Source: a virus. Taken from it: a stretch of DNA of 64,000 nucleotides. Of this stretch, positions 41,238 to 51,737 are shown one piece after another. Both the position numbers and the translations under genes were made by a program. The stretch is from IMG/VR virus record IMGVR_UViG_3300035670_000153, positions 8,173 to 72,172 of that record; one strand, 5' to 3'. Below the pieces are notes generated by a model. It was not told where the DNA came from, made no database searches, and saw nothing but the letters and a program-made list of their open reading frames with translations. Numbering within the stretch: position 1 is the first letter of the stretch; every line of letters starts with the position of its first letter.

Positions 41238-43232
41238 TTATTCATTTATCATATTAAATAATTCATCTAATCCAATAACTTTTACATTTAATTGATTAGC
41301 TTTTTCTAATTTACTCCCTGCTTTTTCCCCTGCAATAAGATAATTTGTTTTTTTAGAAACAGAACTTACAGGAACTCCACCATTATCCTCAATCATTTGA
41401 GAGATTTGCTCTCTTTTATAATCACCGAATGTACCTGTAACACAAAAAGTTAGTTCTTTCAATCTATGTAAAGATGACTGTGATAATGGGGATTGTTCCA
41501 TATCTATATTTAAATAACTTAATACATCTAAAAATGCATTATAGTTATGAGTTGTATTAAACCAATCTTTTAATGAATTACTCATAGCACTTCCAAAATC
41601 TTCTAACTTAGTAAAATCAAAATTGTTTTTAAAAATATCCTCTAAAAATATAGATATATTGTTTTTATAATATTTAGCAATTGTCTTAGATGCAGACTTT
41701 CCAATTAGAGGAATACTCATTGAATATATTAATCTATGCATTTCTGTATTTTTTGCTTGTTCAATTGATTCGATAAGTTTATTATACGACTTTTTACCAA
41801 ATCCGTCAAGTGCAATTATTTCTATTTCTTTATCTTTTTTATTTAATTTAAATAAATCACTGTATGTATTTATTATATCATACTTTATAAATTTGTCAAG
41901 TGTTGATTCACTTAATCCATCAATGTTCATTGCAGACTTAGACGTAAAGTGTGATAATTTCTTTAATATTTTTCCTGAACACATATCATTAGTACATATT
42001 AACACTTCTGTATCATTGTCTTTAGTTATTTTAGTATCACTATTACAACTCGGACATTGTTTAATAATTTCCATATTATTAGATTGTGTCAGATTATTAA
42101 TTATCTGAGGAATAATCATATTAGCTTTAATAACTTCAACTTCGTCTCCAATACCTATTTTTAATTCTTTTAAAATACTAATATTATGCAAACTAGCTCT
42201 TCCTACTGTAGTTCCATCAATTTCAATATCATCAAATATAGCTACGGGAGTAATTTGTGTCTTCCCTACACTCCATTCAATAGCTTTAATAGTAGATGTT
42301 ACACTTTCATCCTTAAATTTAAATGCTAATGATGCTAGAGGATGATGTGAAGTATATCCTAAACTTTCACTATACTGTCTACTATCAAAAGTAAATACAA
42401 TACCATCAATTGGCATTTTTAAATCTTCTGATATATTTTTTAAAGTAGTAATATAATGATTTAAAGTAACTACATCAGTAAGCGTAGATGATGTACAAGG
42501 AGATATAGAAAATCCATATGTTATAAGTGTTTGTAAATTCTCTAATTTTGAATCAAATATAGTATTTTCTTCATTTTTTGGTAATCTCATTTCAAAAGCA
42601 TAGAATTTAATAAATCTTTCTGCACAAACTTTACTATCCAATTGTCTTACAGAACCCGAAACAAGGTTTCTAGGATGTTTATACTGTGATTCTGTAGGAA
42701 GTTTAGAATTAATATATTCAAAGTCATTTAAATGTATTATAGCCTCTCCTACGACTTCTAATTTATATTTGTATGGTATTTTCAATGGAATATTTTTAAA
42801 CACTTTAGCATTATGTGTGATATCTTCTCCTATTGACCCATCCCCTCTTGTAGATGCTCTTTTTAATTCCCCATTATTATATTCTAATTTAACTGTTAAT
42901 CCATCCATTTTACTCATTACAACATATTTTTTATTATTTAAAAATTTTGAAACGATTGCAACATCTTTAGTTTTATCAAGAGACAAAAGTCTTATGTCAT
43001 GTGAAACTTTGTTTAAATCACTCATAACTACATATCCAACTTCTTTTGTAGGTGAATTTGATAAAACAATATCATATTTATATTCTAATTCAGTTAATTT
43101 ATCATATAATGCATCATATTCTTTATCAGATATAATACTTTTATTATTATTATAGTACTCATGTCTATAGTAGTTTAATTGTTTCACTAAATCATGTATT
43201 TCTTTTATTGGAATATCTAGATTATCTCTCAT
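41238..43232 (-). CDS. ligA: NAD-dependent DNA ligase
   Basis: KMDG, TRGDG..GEDIT, DGIVF, AFKF, Zn finger, HhH, BRCT. Confidence 0.96.
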   Translation of the reverse strand: MRDNLDIPIKEIHDLVKQLNYYRHEYYNNNKSIISDKEYDALYDKLTELEYKYDIVLSNSPTKEVGYVVMSDLNKVSHDIRLLSLDKTKDVAIVSKFLNNKKYVVMSKMDGLTVKLEYNNGELKRASTRGDGSIGEDITHNAKVFKNIPLKIPYKYKLEVVGEAIIHLNDFEYINSKLPTESQYKHPRNLVSGSVRQLDSKVCAERFIKFYAFEMRLPKNEENTIFDSKLENLQTLITYGFSISPCTSSTLTDVVTLNHYITTLKNISEDLKMPIDGIVFTFDSRQYSESLGYTSHHPLASLAFKFKDESVTSTIKAIEWSVGKTQITPVAIFDDIEIDGTTVGRASLHNISILKELKIGIGDEVEVIKANMIIPQIINNLTQSNNMEIIKQCPSCNSDTKITKDNDTEVLICTNDMCSGKILKKLSHFTSKSAMNIDGLSESTLDKFIKYDIINTYSDLFKLNKKDKEIEIIALDGFGKKSYNKLIESIEQAKNTEMHRLIYSMSIPLIGKSASKTIAKYYKNNISIFLEDIFKNNFDFTKLEDFGSAMSNSLKDWFNTTHNYNAFLDVLSYLNIDMEQSPLSQSSLHRLKELTFCVTGTFGDYKREQISQMIEDNGGVPVSSVSKKTNYLIAGEKAGSKLEKANQLNVKVIGLDELFNMINE

Positions 43233-43245
43233 TATTATACCATCC

Positions 43246-43818
43246 TTATTTAATTAATTTTTTTAATTCTTTTTGTAATGATTTAATTTTTGCTCTAGTA
43301 TAAGCAATTTTAATTCCAGTAGTTTTATTATATTCATCATCTTTACAACATTTTGCAATACCTTTAGAACCATCATCTAATATTACTATAGTTGCATTTT
43401 TACTATGAATTACTTTTTGTGTTCTTTCAGGAATAGAAAATGCTCCTTTTTTTAATTCTCCTGTAGTATTACTATGTTCTGTGAATGATACATAATATTT
43501 ATTATATGTAAATATTTTTACTTCATCTTGAAATTTATTTTTTACTTCATCTTCTAATTTCATTTCTAATTTACATTCACTATCTATTACAAACATTTTC
43601 GATGTCCATCTCCACCTTTGATTGTCTTCTTCTAAATAATAAATATCATCTTCATCTGCCCAATCAATTCCATACTCAGCATGACAAATAGTTACAAGTT
43701 TACCTTTTAAATTTAATTTATCCATATCTGATATATATGAATCATTACCATATGATTCACCTACAATTAAATCTTCTCTTACTTGAACCTTATCTCCAAC
43801 TTTTAATTTTTTATACAT
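43246..43818 (-). CDS. Hypothetical protein
   Basis: KVGDKV N-terminus; C-terminal KGIAKC..DEY...G..IA..RA. Confidence 0.7.
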   Translation of the reverse strand: MYKKLKVGDKVQVREDLIVGESYGNDSYISDMDKLNLKGKLVTICHAEYGIDWADEDDIYYLEEDNQRWRWTSKMFVIDSECKLEMKLEDEVKNKFQDEVKIFTYNKYYVSFTEHSNTTGELKKGAFSIPERTQKVIHSKNATIVILDDGSKGIAKCCKDDEYNKTTGIKIAYTRAKIKSLQKELKKLIK

Positions 43819-43831
43819 ATAAATCCTCCTT

Positions 43832-45034
43832 TTAAATAATTTCTATTAAATATTTTACAGTACAAGCTTCTTCTTTGTATACAACAATTTCATCTTTTCT
43901 TAACATTCCAGTTCCACCATGAGCATGTAAACAATTTGCTCCTTTACATGCACTTTGCAGTATATTTTGATTGAAATTATAATATTTACTATCAAAACTA
44001 TAAACATCATATGCTTTTCCATAAGCAGTCTCCATCAATAACATAAATCCTGTATGTTCAGACCCATGTGACCATCTTGAACCTGATACGCTTGTGTATC
44101 CTCTTGATTTATCAAAATCATTAGATAAATAAATCCCGCTGCCAAACATCTTACCCGTAATTACTGCATTTGGTCTTAATACAAGACCAGAATTTAAAAT
44201 ACTCCAAACATTTTCTGACCTAGTACCATGGAAAAACAAATCTGTTTTTAATATGTTTTCACTTTTTAAGTAATCATTATATTTATTTTGAGTTTTTTTA
44301 TTTGTAATCTTCCATCCTTGTTTAAATTTATCTTGCATAGAACCCATTTTTGATTTTATTGCTTTTATATCTTTATCATTTAACTCTTCAAATTCTATTC
44401 CTAAAGCTTCTAATATTGTTTGATTTTTTGTAACAACATCATCATCATTATTGTTGTTATCTTCAATTTTATTTTGTTTTACTTGACCTTCCATAATATC
44501 TAGTAAATCTTGTTCTCGATTTATTATAGATATGTAGTCATCTTTTGATTCTGCTAAATAATCTACTACTTTTTTCATTTTTCTTGGAATAGTTTTAAAT
44601 AATTGCAACAATACTTCATTGAATTTGTTACATTCATTTTCATTTCCAAGATTATAAAGTAAAGTCTGAGCTTCATCAACCATTAATTGTGTAACTTTAT
44701 CAGATGATATGGTATAATTATCTTTTACGGTTTGTCTAGCTATTGCTTGTAATCTCTCAACTATTTTTGAAATATTAGGATTATCTAATGATAAATATTC
44801 ATTTTTCTTTTTTATAATAGGTACTTCTATTAATCTTGTCTGGTCAACATATCCCTTTTTTATTTTGCTATTCAAAGTAGAATGCCATTTACCCATTGGA
44901 TATGTTTTTGATTGATATGATGTATTTCCTATCCTACCATATTGGACTTCAAATGTAGAACCTAATTCAATCATTTTATAATACTTATTATTATTTGCAT
45001 CTGCCTCTACCTTAACAAGATAAACTGTTTTCAT
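43832..45034 (-). CDS. WGR-domain PARP-like ADP-ribosyltransferase
   Basis: NNNKYY..YGRIG..KIKKGY (WGR), IPRKM (regulatory), catalytic H-Y-E triad in FHGT / GKMFGSGIY / DEIVVY. Confidence 0.9.
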   Translation of the reverse strand: MKTVYLVKVEADANNNKYYKMIELGSTFEVQYGRIGNTSYQSKTYPMGKWHSTLNSKIKKGYVDQTRLIEVPIIKKKNEYLSLDNPNISKIVERLQAIARQTVKDNYTISSDKVTQLMVDEAQTLLYNLGNENECNKFNEVLLQLFKTIPRKMKKVVDYLAESKDDYISIINREQDLLDIMEGQVKQNKIEDNNNNDDDVVTKNQTILEALGIEFEELNDKDIKAIKSKMGSMQDKFKQGWKITNKKTQNKYNDYLKSENILKTDLFFHGTRSENVWSILNSGLVLRPNAVITGKMFGSGIYLSNDFDKSRGYTSVSGSRWSHGSEHTGFMLLMETAYGKAYDVYSFDSKYYNFNQNILQSACKGANCLHAHGGTGMLRKDEIVVYKEEACTVKYLIEII

Positions 45035-45120
45035 ATAATCACCCTTTCATTTAATCTATTATTAGTATAACTAATATTTTTTTTATTGTCAATAATATAA
45101 TTAAAATAAATTAAAATATT

Positions 45121-46140
45121 TCAATGAGCGTATTTATCAGCTTCATGCACCATCATTAATTCATTATAAAAATCTTCACCAACTAAATTAATTAATTTTT
45201 GTTTTGATTTTTCTGTATTTGTATTATGTAGTCTCATATGAAATTTTATTAATTGACTAATATGTAAAATTTGAAGTATATTATTTTGGTAATTCTCATA
45301 GTCATATTCAGGAATTAGTTTTGATATCATTTCTAAGAATATTAATATCCCATCATAAGCTGATACATTTTCATGGTTATAAAAATGTGCTATATCAGTT
45401 GTTTCTCCTTTATGATTTATAAATGTTTTAGTAAATTCTTTTCCAATATCATGTAGGAATGTTGCAAATACAACATCATAATTAACTCCATGTTTTTGAA
45501 TAATATAATCTTTAGCTTTACGACAGTGTTGCCCTACTGTTAATGTATGATAAGGAGAATCTTGATTTATAATATCTAGTCTTTCAAATATTTTATCAAT
45601 ACTATATTTTTTTAAATCATTTATTTCATATTTAATATCAATTTTATCCCAACCTTCAAAATAATAAGGCACATCAAAATTTAAATACATTCTTTTAATA
45701 ACATCTACAGGAACATTTCTATCTCTATTTTTATTTTGTTCTAAACATTTGTCATATGGAGTAAGAATTAAAACAGCAATTTTTTCACAGTCAATATTAT
45801 TAATCTGTCTTAGGAATTCCATTCTCCTTTTACTTGATATGTTTGTAGCATCATATACTACATTATTTCCATTTAATAAGTTTGATTTAATTCTATCATG
45901 AACAATTTGAAATACATACCATTGATTACTTTGGTCATTTATATCTCCTAATACTTCTTCTCTAATTGAGTCTGATGAAACTATGATAGCATTATGTGTC
46001 TTTGCTATCTCTTGTGAATGATAAGATTTTCCACTAGCAGGTAATCCTATCATAAAAAATAATTTTGGTCTTAAATTTAATTTACTCATAACATCATCTT
46101 CTTTCTTTTTTATTTTTATGTCGTAAATATATAATATCAT
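45121..46140 (-). CDS. Polynucleotide kinase (AAA_33) fused to HD phosphohydrolase
   Basis: GLPASGKS, SSDSIR, DATN, R.R.VP; HD domain H...HDIGK..HE..SA..HM..D. Start probably MSKL ~46090. Confidence 0.85.
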   Translation of the reverse strand: MILYIYDIKIKKKEDDVMSKLNLRPKLFFMIGLPASGKSYHSQEIAKTHNAIIVSSDSIREEVLGDINDQSNQWYVFQIVHDRIKSNLLNGNNVVYDATNISSKRRMEFLRQINNIDCEKIAVLILTPYDKCLEQNKNRDRNVPVDVIKRMYLNFDVPYYFEGWDKIDIKYEINDLKKYSIDKIFERLDIINQDSPYHTLTVGQHCRKAKDYIIQKHGVNYDVVFATFLHDIGKEFTKTFINHKGETTDIAHFYNHENVSAYDGILIFLEMISKLIPEYDYENYQNNILQILHISQLIKFHMRLHNTNTEKSKQKLINLVGEDFYNELMMVHEADKYAH

Positions 46141-46195
46141 ATATTATTTACAATGTCAAGAGTTCTGTGAAAATTGATTACAGAACTCTTTATCA

Positions 46196-46642
46196 TTAAT
46201 TAACTTTATTAAATTCAACATTAAAATATTCTTGTACTTCTTTTTTAGCATCTTTAAAGCATTTAATATAATATTTTAAATCACTAACTTCTTTTTCTTT
46301 CAACTTCATATCTCTAATTAGTTGAATTACAACTCGAAACATAGAACCATCATCTTTATAACCAAACCATCCATTATGTATCCATTCCTCTGTTCCATCT
46401 GTATATTTAACTAATTTTTGCAGTGACCTACAACCATCGCTTTTAGTTACAAACCTAATAAAATTATTAATTATAGTAATCTGTTCACTATTATCTAATG
46501 GTTCACGTTTTTCTTTTCTTATTTTTTTTGTAGATGTTTCAGAATCAGAATCCTCTTCAAAATCGTTTTCATTTTCTAACTCAACATCTAAATCTAACTC
46601 TAATTCATCTGTAATTAAGCTATTTTTTGACATAATGCACAA
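46196..46642 (-). CDS. Hypothetical protein
   Basis: GGAGG RBS; acidic N-terminus. Confidence 0.6.
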   Translation of the reverse strand: MCIMSKNSLITDELELDLDVELENENDFEEDSDSETSTKKIRKEKREPLDNSEQITIINNFIRFVTKSDGCRSLQKLVKYTDGTEEWIHNGWFGYKDDGSMFRVVIQLIRDMKLKEKEVSDLKYYIKCFKDAKKEVQEYFNVEFNKVN

Positions 46643-46673
46643 CCTCCAATTATTTTATTTTAATATTATTATA

Positions 46674-47996
46674 TTATTCATCTTGAACGCTTTGTGCTTC
46701 TTCAATATCTAATACATCATCGGATTTAATTATACCTTCTAAAACCTTAAATGTAAAGTTTTTATTTTTTAATGCAGTAAATTTTTCTCTGTTTTCAATT
46801 CTTACCACAATACCTTCTCTGATATGAGATTTACCAATTGGGTCTACTCCATCAGTATATTTATTTACTCTTTGCATTAAATCTTCTTGAGTAGTATATA
46901 TAAATTTTTCAAATACAGGAACATGTTCAATTCCCATTTGTTCACATCTCATTTGTGTTAATTCTGTAGGATATTCTACTACAATTCCATCTTCATTTGT
47001 CATAGTCATTCTATATACAAATACCTTATTTTCTCCAACATTACATCTATATGTAAACCTAGTAGTTTCACCATATTGTTTAATAAATTCTTTATCTTTT
47101 GTTTTACTATTATTGCATTCAGGCATAATTAATTGATTACTTTCTGTATATCCTACAATTTCTCCATAAACTGTCTCTCCTTTATGTAATTTACCTAGGA
47201 AAAAATTATGCCATTGTTCTCTGAATTTATTTGTCCCATAAAATCCACCATCAAATGTATTCAATATGACTCTTCTTGAACCTGAAACATAATCCCATTC
47301 TTGTGTAGATTTAAATTTTACACCTAAAATATAAAGCAAATTTAAAATGAATCTAGGTAATTTACTATTCCATTTAGATTGAGTAATTTTAAATGCTCTA
47401 CTTTCTCTTAAACTTGTTCCATGCATTTTTAGAGATATAGTACAAATATCACCTTCTTTAAATTTAGCCATATTATAAGCTAATTGTTCAGTGTCTCTGT
47501 GTTCTGAAAAATAAGGAAATTTATTTTTTAAACTTATTTTCTTAGAATTACTTACTTTCATTCCTGTATTTTTTGAACCATTTATATGATTTGTTTGAGG
47601 AATATACTTATTACAAATTTCTACCCCATTTAGGATTGAAATTGTGTCACCTTCTTTTAAAGTACCAACATCGGTAAAACTATGTAAACTATTGACATTT
47701 AACAATAAGCCATCTGATTTTTCACCTCTTAATTTTACTGATGAAACATGTCTTTTGTTTGGGTCTAAATATCCACCAATTTCATTCCCTTGTTCATCTT
47801 TCTTACGCAACAAATTATTTGCCTCACAAAAACCCATATTTAATCTTCCATCTGTTGGGAAATATACCATCATATCTCCAATTTTTACATCTAATCCAAC
47901 TATAGTATCATTTCCAAATACTGTTGCTACTTGTAATCTATCTGCATTAGAATGTTTTCTTAACTCTTTTATTCTTACAATATATCCACAATACAT
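46674..47996 (-). CDS. ATP-dependent RNA ligase (DRB0094/Rnl5-like, N-terminal OB domain)
   Basis: HSNADRL..LRGEKSDG OB domain; motif I KMHGTS, III YGEIVG, IV EGIVVR, V LKNK. Confidence 0.82.
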   Translation of the reverse strand: MYCGYIVRIKELRKHSNADRLQVATVFGNDTIVGLDVKIGDMMVYFPTDGRLNMGFCEANNLLRKKDEQGNEIGGYLDPNKRHVSSVKLRGEKSDGLLLNVNSLHSFTDVGTLKEGDTISILNGVEICNKYIPQTNHINGSKNTGMKVSNSKKISLKNKFPYFSEHRDTEQLAYNMAKFKEGDICTISLKMHGTSLRESRAFKITQSKWNSKLPRFILNLLYILGVKFKSTQEWDYVSGSRRVILNTFDGGFYGTNKFREQWHNFFLGKLHKGETVYGEIVGYTESNQLIMPECNNSKTKDKEFIKQYGETTRFTYRCNVGENKVFVYRMTMTNEDGIVVEYPTELTQMRCEQMGIEHVPVFEKFIYTTQEDLMQRVNKYTDGVDPIGKSHIREGIVVRIENREKFTALKNKNFTFKVLEGIIKSDDVLDIEEAQSVQDE

Positions 47997-49105
47997 TATA
48001 CAATACCTGCTTTCTTTAATATATTTTTATTTATTTCAATTACTAATTCATTTATTTTATTTTCATCTGGTTTTAATGGTAATTCAGTATGTTTAATAGA
48101 AAATTTTAAATCTTTTTCTGCTTTATCAATCATATTAAAAATTTCTGAATAATCTTTATTATTATCTTTATTAATTACATAATCTCCATTCCTTAATGCC
48201 ATCATAAACTCATGTTCATGTGCTCTATTTGTAATAACTCCTTTACCTTCTAATATTTCTTTCCCCATTCTCATAAGTCTTATAATATGCATTACATGCT
48301 TATTTAAATGGATATCATCTTTCTTATTGTTTCTATGATTAAGAGAATCATAATCTTTAATAACATTTTTCCATTCAGATAATATAGATAATAAATCTCT
48401 TAATGGATAATGTTTAAGATTTAAATTTAAAAATATTTCTTCATCAAAATCTGTTTTGTTTGATTTATCAAGAAATAAGTTAATATCTTTCCCATCAAAG
48501 CAATGATAATTACGTTCTATATGTTCTCTTTGATGATTTATACTGTCTAATATGTGTTTCTCTTTTTCTTTTTGAGGATATGAGTCACGTGCTAAAGCAT
48601 TTTGTAATCTTCTTAATTGAGCTGTAGCATATCCACAAAAGGAATGTATTGCTCTTTGAGATAAAAATAAATTGATATTATCTCTTAATATTTTACCTTC
48701 ATTACTTAATACAAAAATATCTTCTTCTCTAGTTCCAAATATTTCTAGTACATTGGGATTGCAATTCAATAAAAGATTAATAATTTGTTTAAAATAATAA
48801 ATAGTAGTATCTGTTTTAGTTTCTACAAATGGCTTATCTGTATTATTCATAGTCAGTAAATCATAATAACTATTATGTGCAACTCCTCTAATATCAATAT
48901 CACTATTTTCATTATTTAATCCATAAGCATATGAACCACCTAATGTAAGTATCATTAAATTATCTTTAAATTTATCTTTTAAAAAATCATAATCATTACT
49001 TGTATAAATTGTTTTTTGTATCTTTTTTGAATAATTATTTCCCATATTCATCTCCCCATATATTTTTAATATTATGTTTCGATTTTTTATCTGCTTTTTT
49101 TTCAT
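47996..49105 (-). CDS. Pol-beta-family nucleotidyltransferase (YcgL/RlaP-like)
   Basis: GGSYAYG...SDIDIRG, CNPN..E, KH.MH..RL; start probably ~49045. Confidence 0.82.
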   Translation of the reverse strand: MKKKQIKNRNIILKIYGEMNMGNNYSKKIQKTIYTSNDYDFLKDKFKDNLMILTLGGSYAYGLNNENSDIDIRGVAHNSYYDLLTMNNTDKPFVETKTDTTIYYFKQIINLLLNCNPNVLEIFGTREEDIFVLSNEGKILRDNINLFLSQRAIHSFCGYATAQLRRLQNALARDSYPQKEKEKHILDSINHQREHIERNYHCFDGKDINLFLDKSNKTDFDEEIFLNLNLKHYPLRDLLSILSEWKNVIKDYDSLNHRNNKKDDIHLNKHVMHIIRLMRMGKEILEGKGVITNRAHEHEFMMALRNGDYVINKDNNKDYSEIFNMIDKAEKDLKFSIKHTELPLKPDENKINELVIEINKNILKKAGIV

Positions 49106-49439
49106 GGTCTTTTTTTATTTTTTCTATTTTATTTTGCAGTTTATTATAATTTTTAATAATGAATCCATCTTTTTCTTCTTCATCTAAAAATATAATTTTT
49201 TCTAATTGTAATATTTCACCTTCTAAAAATCTTGCGTTGATTATAATTCTATTAATTTCCTCTTTTAAAGTTTCAGTTTGTAATATTGAAACTTTGTCCT
49301 GTGTTTCTAACATACAATTATATTGTATATTATATTGTCTGCTAGTATCACGTAGTAAAAGACTCAATTCGTTCATTTCATCCATTAAACTTTCAAGCTT
49401 TAAATCATTTTCACTTTTTAAAAAATTCAATATCTTCAT
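49035..49439 (-). CDS. Coiled-coil hypothetical protein
   Basis: GGAGG RBS. Confidence 0.6.
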   Translation of the reverse strand: MKILNFLKSENDLKLESLMDEMNELSLLLRDTSRQYNIQYNCMLETQDKVSILQTETLKEEINRIIINARFLEGEILQLEKIIFLDEEEKDGFIIKNYNKLQNKIEKIKKDHEKKADKKSKHNIKNIWGDEYGK

Positions 49440-49597
49440 AACAATTCCTCCTTTAAATTTGGTTTATATTTTATATTTCTATTTAATATTAACATATAAG
49501 TTTTACTCTGTCAATAGAAAAAATAAAAATAAGTTAAACTAATTTTTATAATTAATTTAACTTATTTTTTATATTAAAAACATATTATAGGCAATAT

Positions 49598-51073
49598 TTA
49601 AAAATAGTAATTTTCTATTTTCTTAACTAATGTATCAGTTCCATTTTCTGCTAAATGAATAAAATCAAAAATCTTTTCTGACCATCCTGCTATTATATTT
49701 GTATGATGTCCTTTAAATTGTTGTGTTCCATATCCCATTAAATCAACAGCATGAATCCAAACATTATTATTTATTTTATTTCTATATTCATTTGCAATTT
49801 TTTGACAAGGTACTTTATTATTATTATACCATGATGATACTCTATCCATATCCCATCCTGAATTAATTTCATTATCAGATAATACAATAATTCTATCTAC
49901 CTGTATATTATTATTAATTAAATATCTGAATGGTAATGTTATATCTGTTCCTCCACCATCAATTCTCATTCTTTCAGCATTTGATATAATTCCATTTGTG
50001 CTTGGCATAGTAACGTTTCTAATATTTGTATCAAAAGTAACTAATATTGTATCTTCACAAACATAATTACCCATAGACATTAATAGTGTTGCTATTTCTG
50101 AACATTTAATTGTACTCTTATTACTTATTGCACTCGACATAGAGCCTGATACATCACAAGCAATTAAAGTTTTACCTTTAAGTGTTTGTACGTTTTGAGT
50201 ACTTAATTTTATAGCTTCTTCTAAAATATTATAAACCTTAGATGAACCTAGATTTTCTTGTTGCAATGTTTTATATGCTGAAAAATATCTGAAAGGTAAC
50301 TGCTTATTGTTAAGAACAGCATCTCTATTTGATAAAAAATCGTAAACCATATCAATATTATTAGGATTTGCTTTTATGATGTTTCTTAAATTTCTAAGCA
50401 TTGCCATATATCCAACTTTTTTACTTGCTATTAATCCTTCCCATACTTCTTTTGTATTACCTTTTGCAGATAATTCTGTTTCCCAAGTATAAGGTGTTTC
50501 TAATTTATCTTCTAATAATCTTTTAAACATATCATTTTGAACTTCTGTTTTTGCTTTAGGATGTGTTAAACAAACTAAATCTTTAAGTTTTATATCTTTA
50601 CTTTGGCTATTATATTTTTGTAATTGATACTCATTAAATGTAAGTAATCTATCAGCTAATCCCTTTTTAACAGAGTTTGGGATTGGTTTACCATAAGTAT
50701 TAATTATATATGATAGTATTTCTGTCATATCATCTACTCTTTCAATTACATTGTTAATAGTTTTTCTTGTAAAAGGTTTTCCATTAACATGATTAGCTAA
50801 CTCTCCAACTAAAACGTGAGATATACTACGTAAATGCATTTCTTTTCTTGCAAACAATGCTAAATTAGCAATGAATTCTGGTTCTTTATTTAATACATTA
50901 CGAATATTTTCAACTATTTCATTTGAATTATCACCATAAAACTTTGATTCATTAAATAATGATGTAAGAACTTGTGTAACTAATTTTTCTTTATCAGACA
51001 TTGTAAAAGCTTTAACACCTGATTTGTTTTCAGTAATTGAATTATCACTTGCATTTTTATTAAACTTTGACAT
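49598..51073 (-). CDS. rsr: Ro60/Rsr TROVE-domain RNA-binding protein with vWA domain
   Basis: MSKFN, FY, ARKEMHLRS, YQLQKY, THPK, TWE..LS, GYMAMLRNLRN, QLPFRY, vWA DVSGSM, GGGTD, SDNE, AGWSEKIF. Confidence 0.93.
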   Translation of the reverse strand: MSKFNKNASDNSITENKSGVKAFTMSDKEKLVTQVLTSLFNESKFYGDNSNEIVENIRNVLNKEPEFIANLALFARKEMHLRSISHVLVGELANHVNGKPFTRKTINNVIERVDDMTEILSYIINTYGKPIPNSVKKGLADRLLTFNEYQLQKYNSQSKDIKLKDLVCLTHPKAKTEVQNDMFKRLLEDKLETPYTWETELSAKGNTKEVWEGLIASKKVGYMAMLRNLRNIIKANPNNIDMVYDFLSNRDAVLNNKQLPFRYFSAYKTLQQENLGSSKVYNILEEAIKLSTQNVQTLKGKTLIACDVSGSMSSAISNKSTIKCSEIATLLMSMGNYVCEDTILVTFDTNIRNVTMPSTNGIISNAERMRIDGGGTDITLPFRYLINNNIQVDRIIVLSDNEINSGWDMDRVSSWYNNNKVPCQKIANEYRNKINNNVWIHAVDLMGYGTQQFKGHHTNIIAGWSEKIFDFIHLAENGTDTLVKKIENYYF

Positions 51074-51112
51074 AGGGGAAAACCTCCTGTTTATTATTTA
51101 TTTTTATTTCTA

Positions 51113-51205
51113 TGGCAGGAAGTAAGGGATTCGAACCCTTGCATCATAAAAATGACCTAATGCTTTAGCAAAGCATCCTCTTTAGCCATACTTGAGTAAC
51201 TTCCT
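51113..51205 (-). tRNA. tRNA-Ser(GCT)
   Basis: Cloverleaf with long variable arm; ATGCT-TTGCTAA-AGCAT; encoded GCCA end. Confidence 0.9.
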
Positions 51206-51303
51206 ATAAATATTGTCTATCTGATTGTAATCTCAATATAATATTATTATATAACTTTATAGTTGTCAATACTTAAATAAAAATAATATTTAATATTAAT
51301 AAT

Positions 51304-51395
51304 TGGCGGTGAGAGTAGGATTTGAACCTACGGAGGGCGAAAGCCCCCTCCAGTTTTCAAGACTGGTGCTATAAGCCATACTCTGCCACCCCACC
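51304..51395 (-). tRNA. tRNA-Ser(TGA)
   Basis: CCAGT-CTTGAAA-ACTGG; long variable arm; GCCA end. Confidence 0.93.
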
Positions 51396-51576
51396 GTGAT
51401 TATGGTCTCTCCCATCGTCACCTTTATAAAACTATTTCTAGTATTGGACAGTAAAGGTCTTGCCCTATGCAAACGCTAGAATCGCCCCTAGCTCTTAATA
51501 ATACCTACATCGAGCAAAGGATTCTTCAATCATTTTATAATATTGAGTAGTGTAAAGTGATTGGTATTTAGAAAGA

Positions 51577-51660
51577 TGGTGGGTAGAGATAGATTTGAAC
51601 TATCGTAGCAATTGCAATGGATTTACAGTCCATCTCCTTTAACCACTCGGACACCTACCC
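51577..51660 (-). tRNA. tRNA-Tyr(GTA)
   Basis: ATGGA-CTGTAAA-TCCAT; ACCA end. Confidence 0.93.
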
Positions 51661-51665
51661 ATATT

Positions 51666-51737
51666 TGTGAATAAGAGGACTCGAACCTCTATCTAACAAC
51701 TTGAATCGTTAACTTTGACCAATTAAGTTATATTCAC
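51666..51737 (-). tRNA. Aberrant tRNA-like gene (6-nt anticodon loop TTCAAG; no encoded CCA)
   Basis: Perfect acceptor GTGAATA/TATTCAC, D arm ACTT/AAGT, T arm AGAGG-TTCGAGT-CCTCT; anticodon arm AACGA-TTCAAG-TTGTT. Confidence 0.7.

Noticed and set aside
23115-43232. Inteins or group I introns in RNR, DnaE, helicases or ligase
   Set aside because: Protein lengths are normal and I saw no intein-like insertions or split reading frames.
3079-49542. Many short plus-strand ORFs (e.g. 19296, 19695, 23593, 38676, 42769, 47644, 49159)
   Set aside because: They lie antisense to well-supported minus-strand genes, lack an RBS, and have shadow-like composition.
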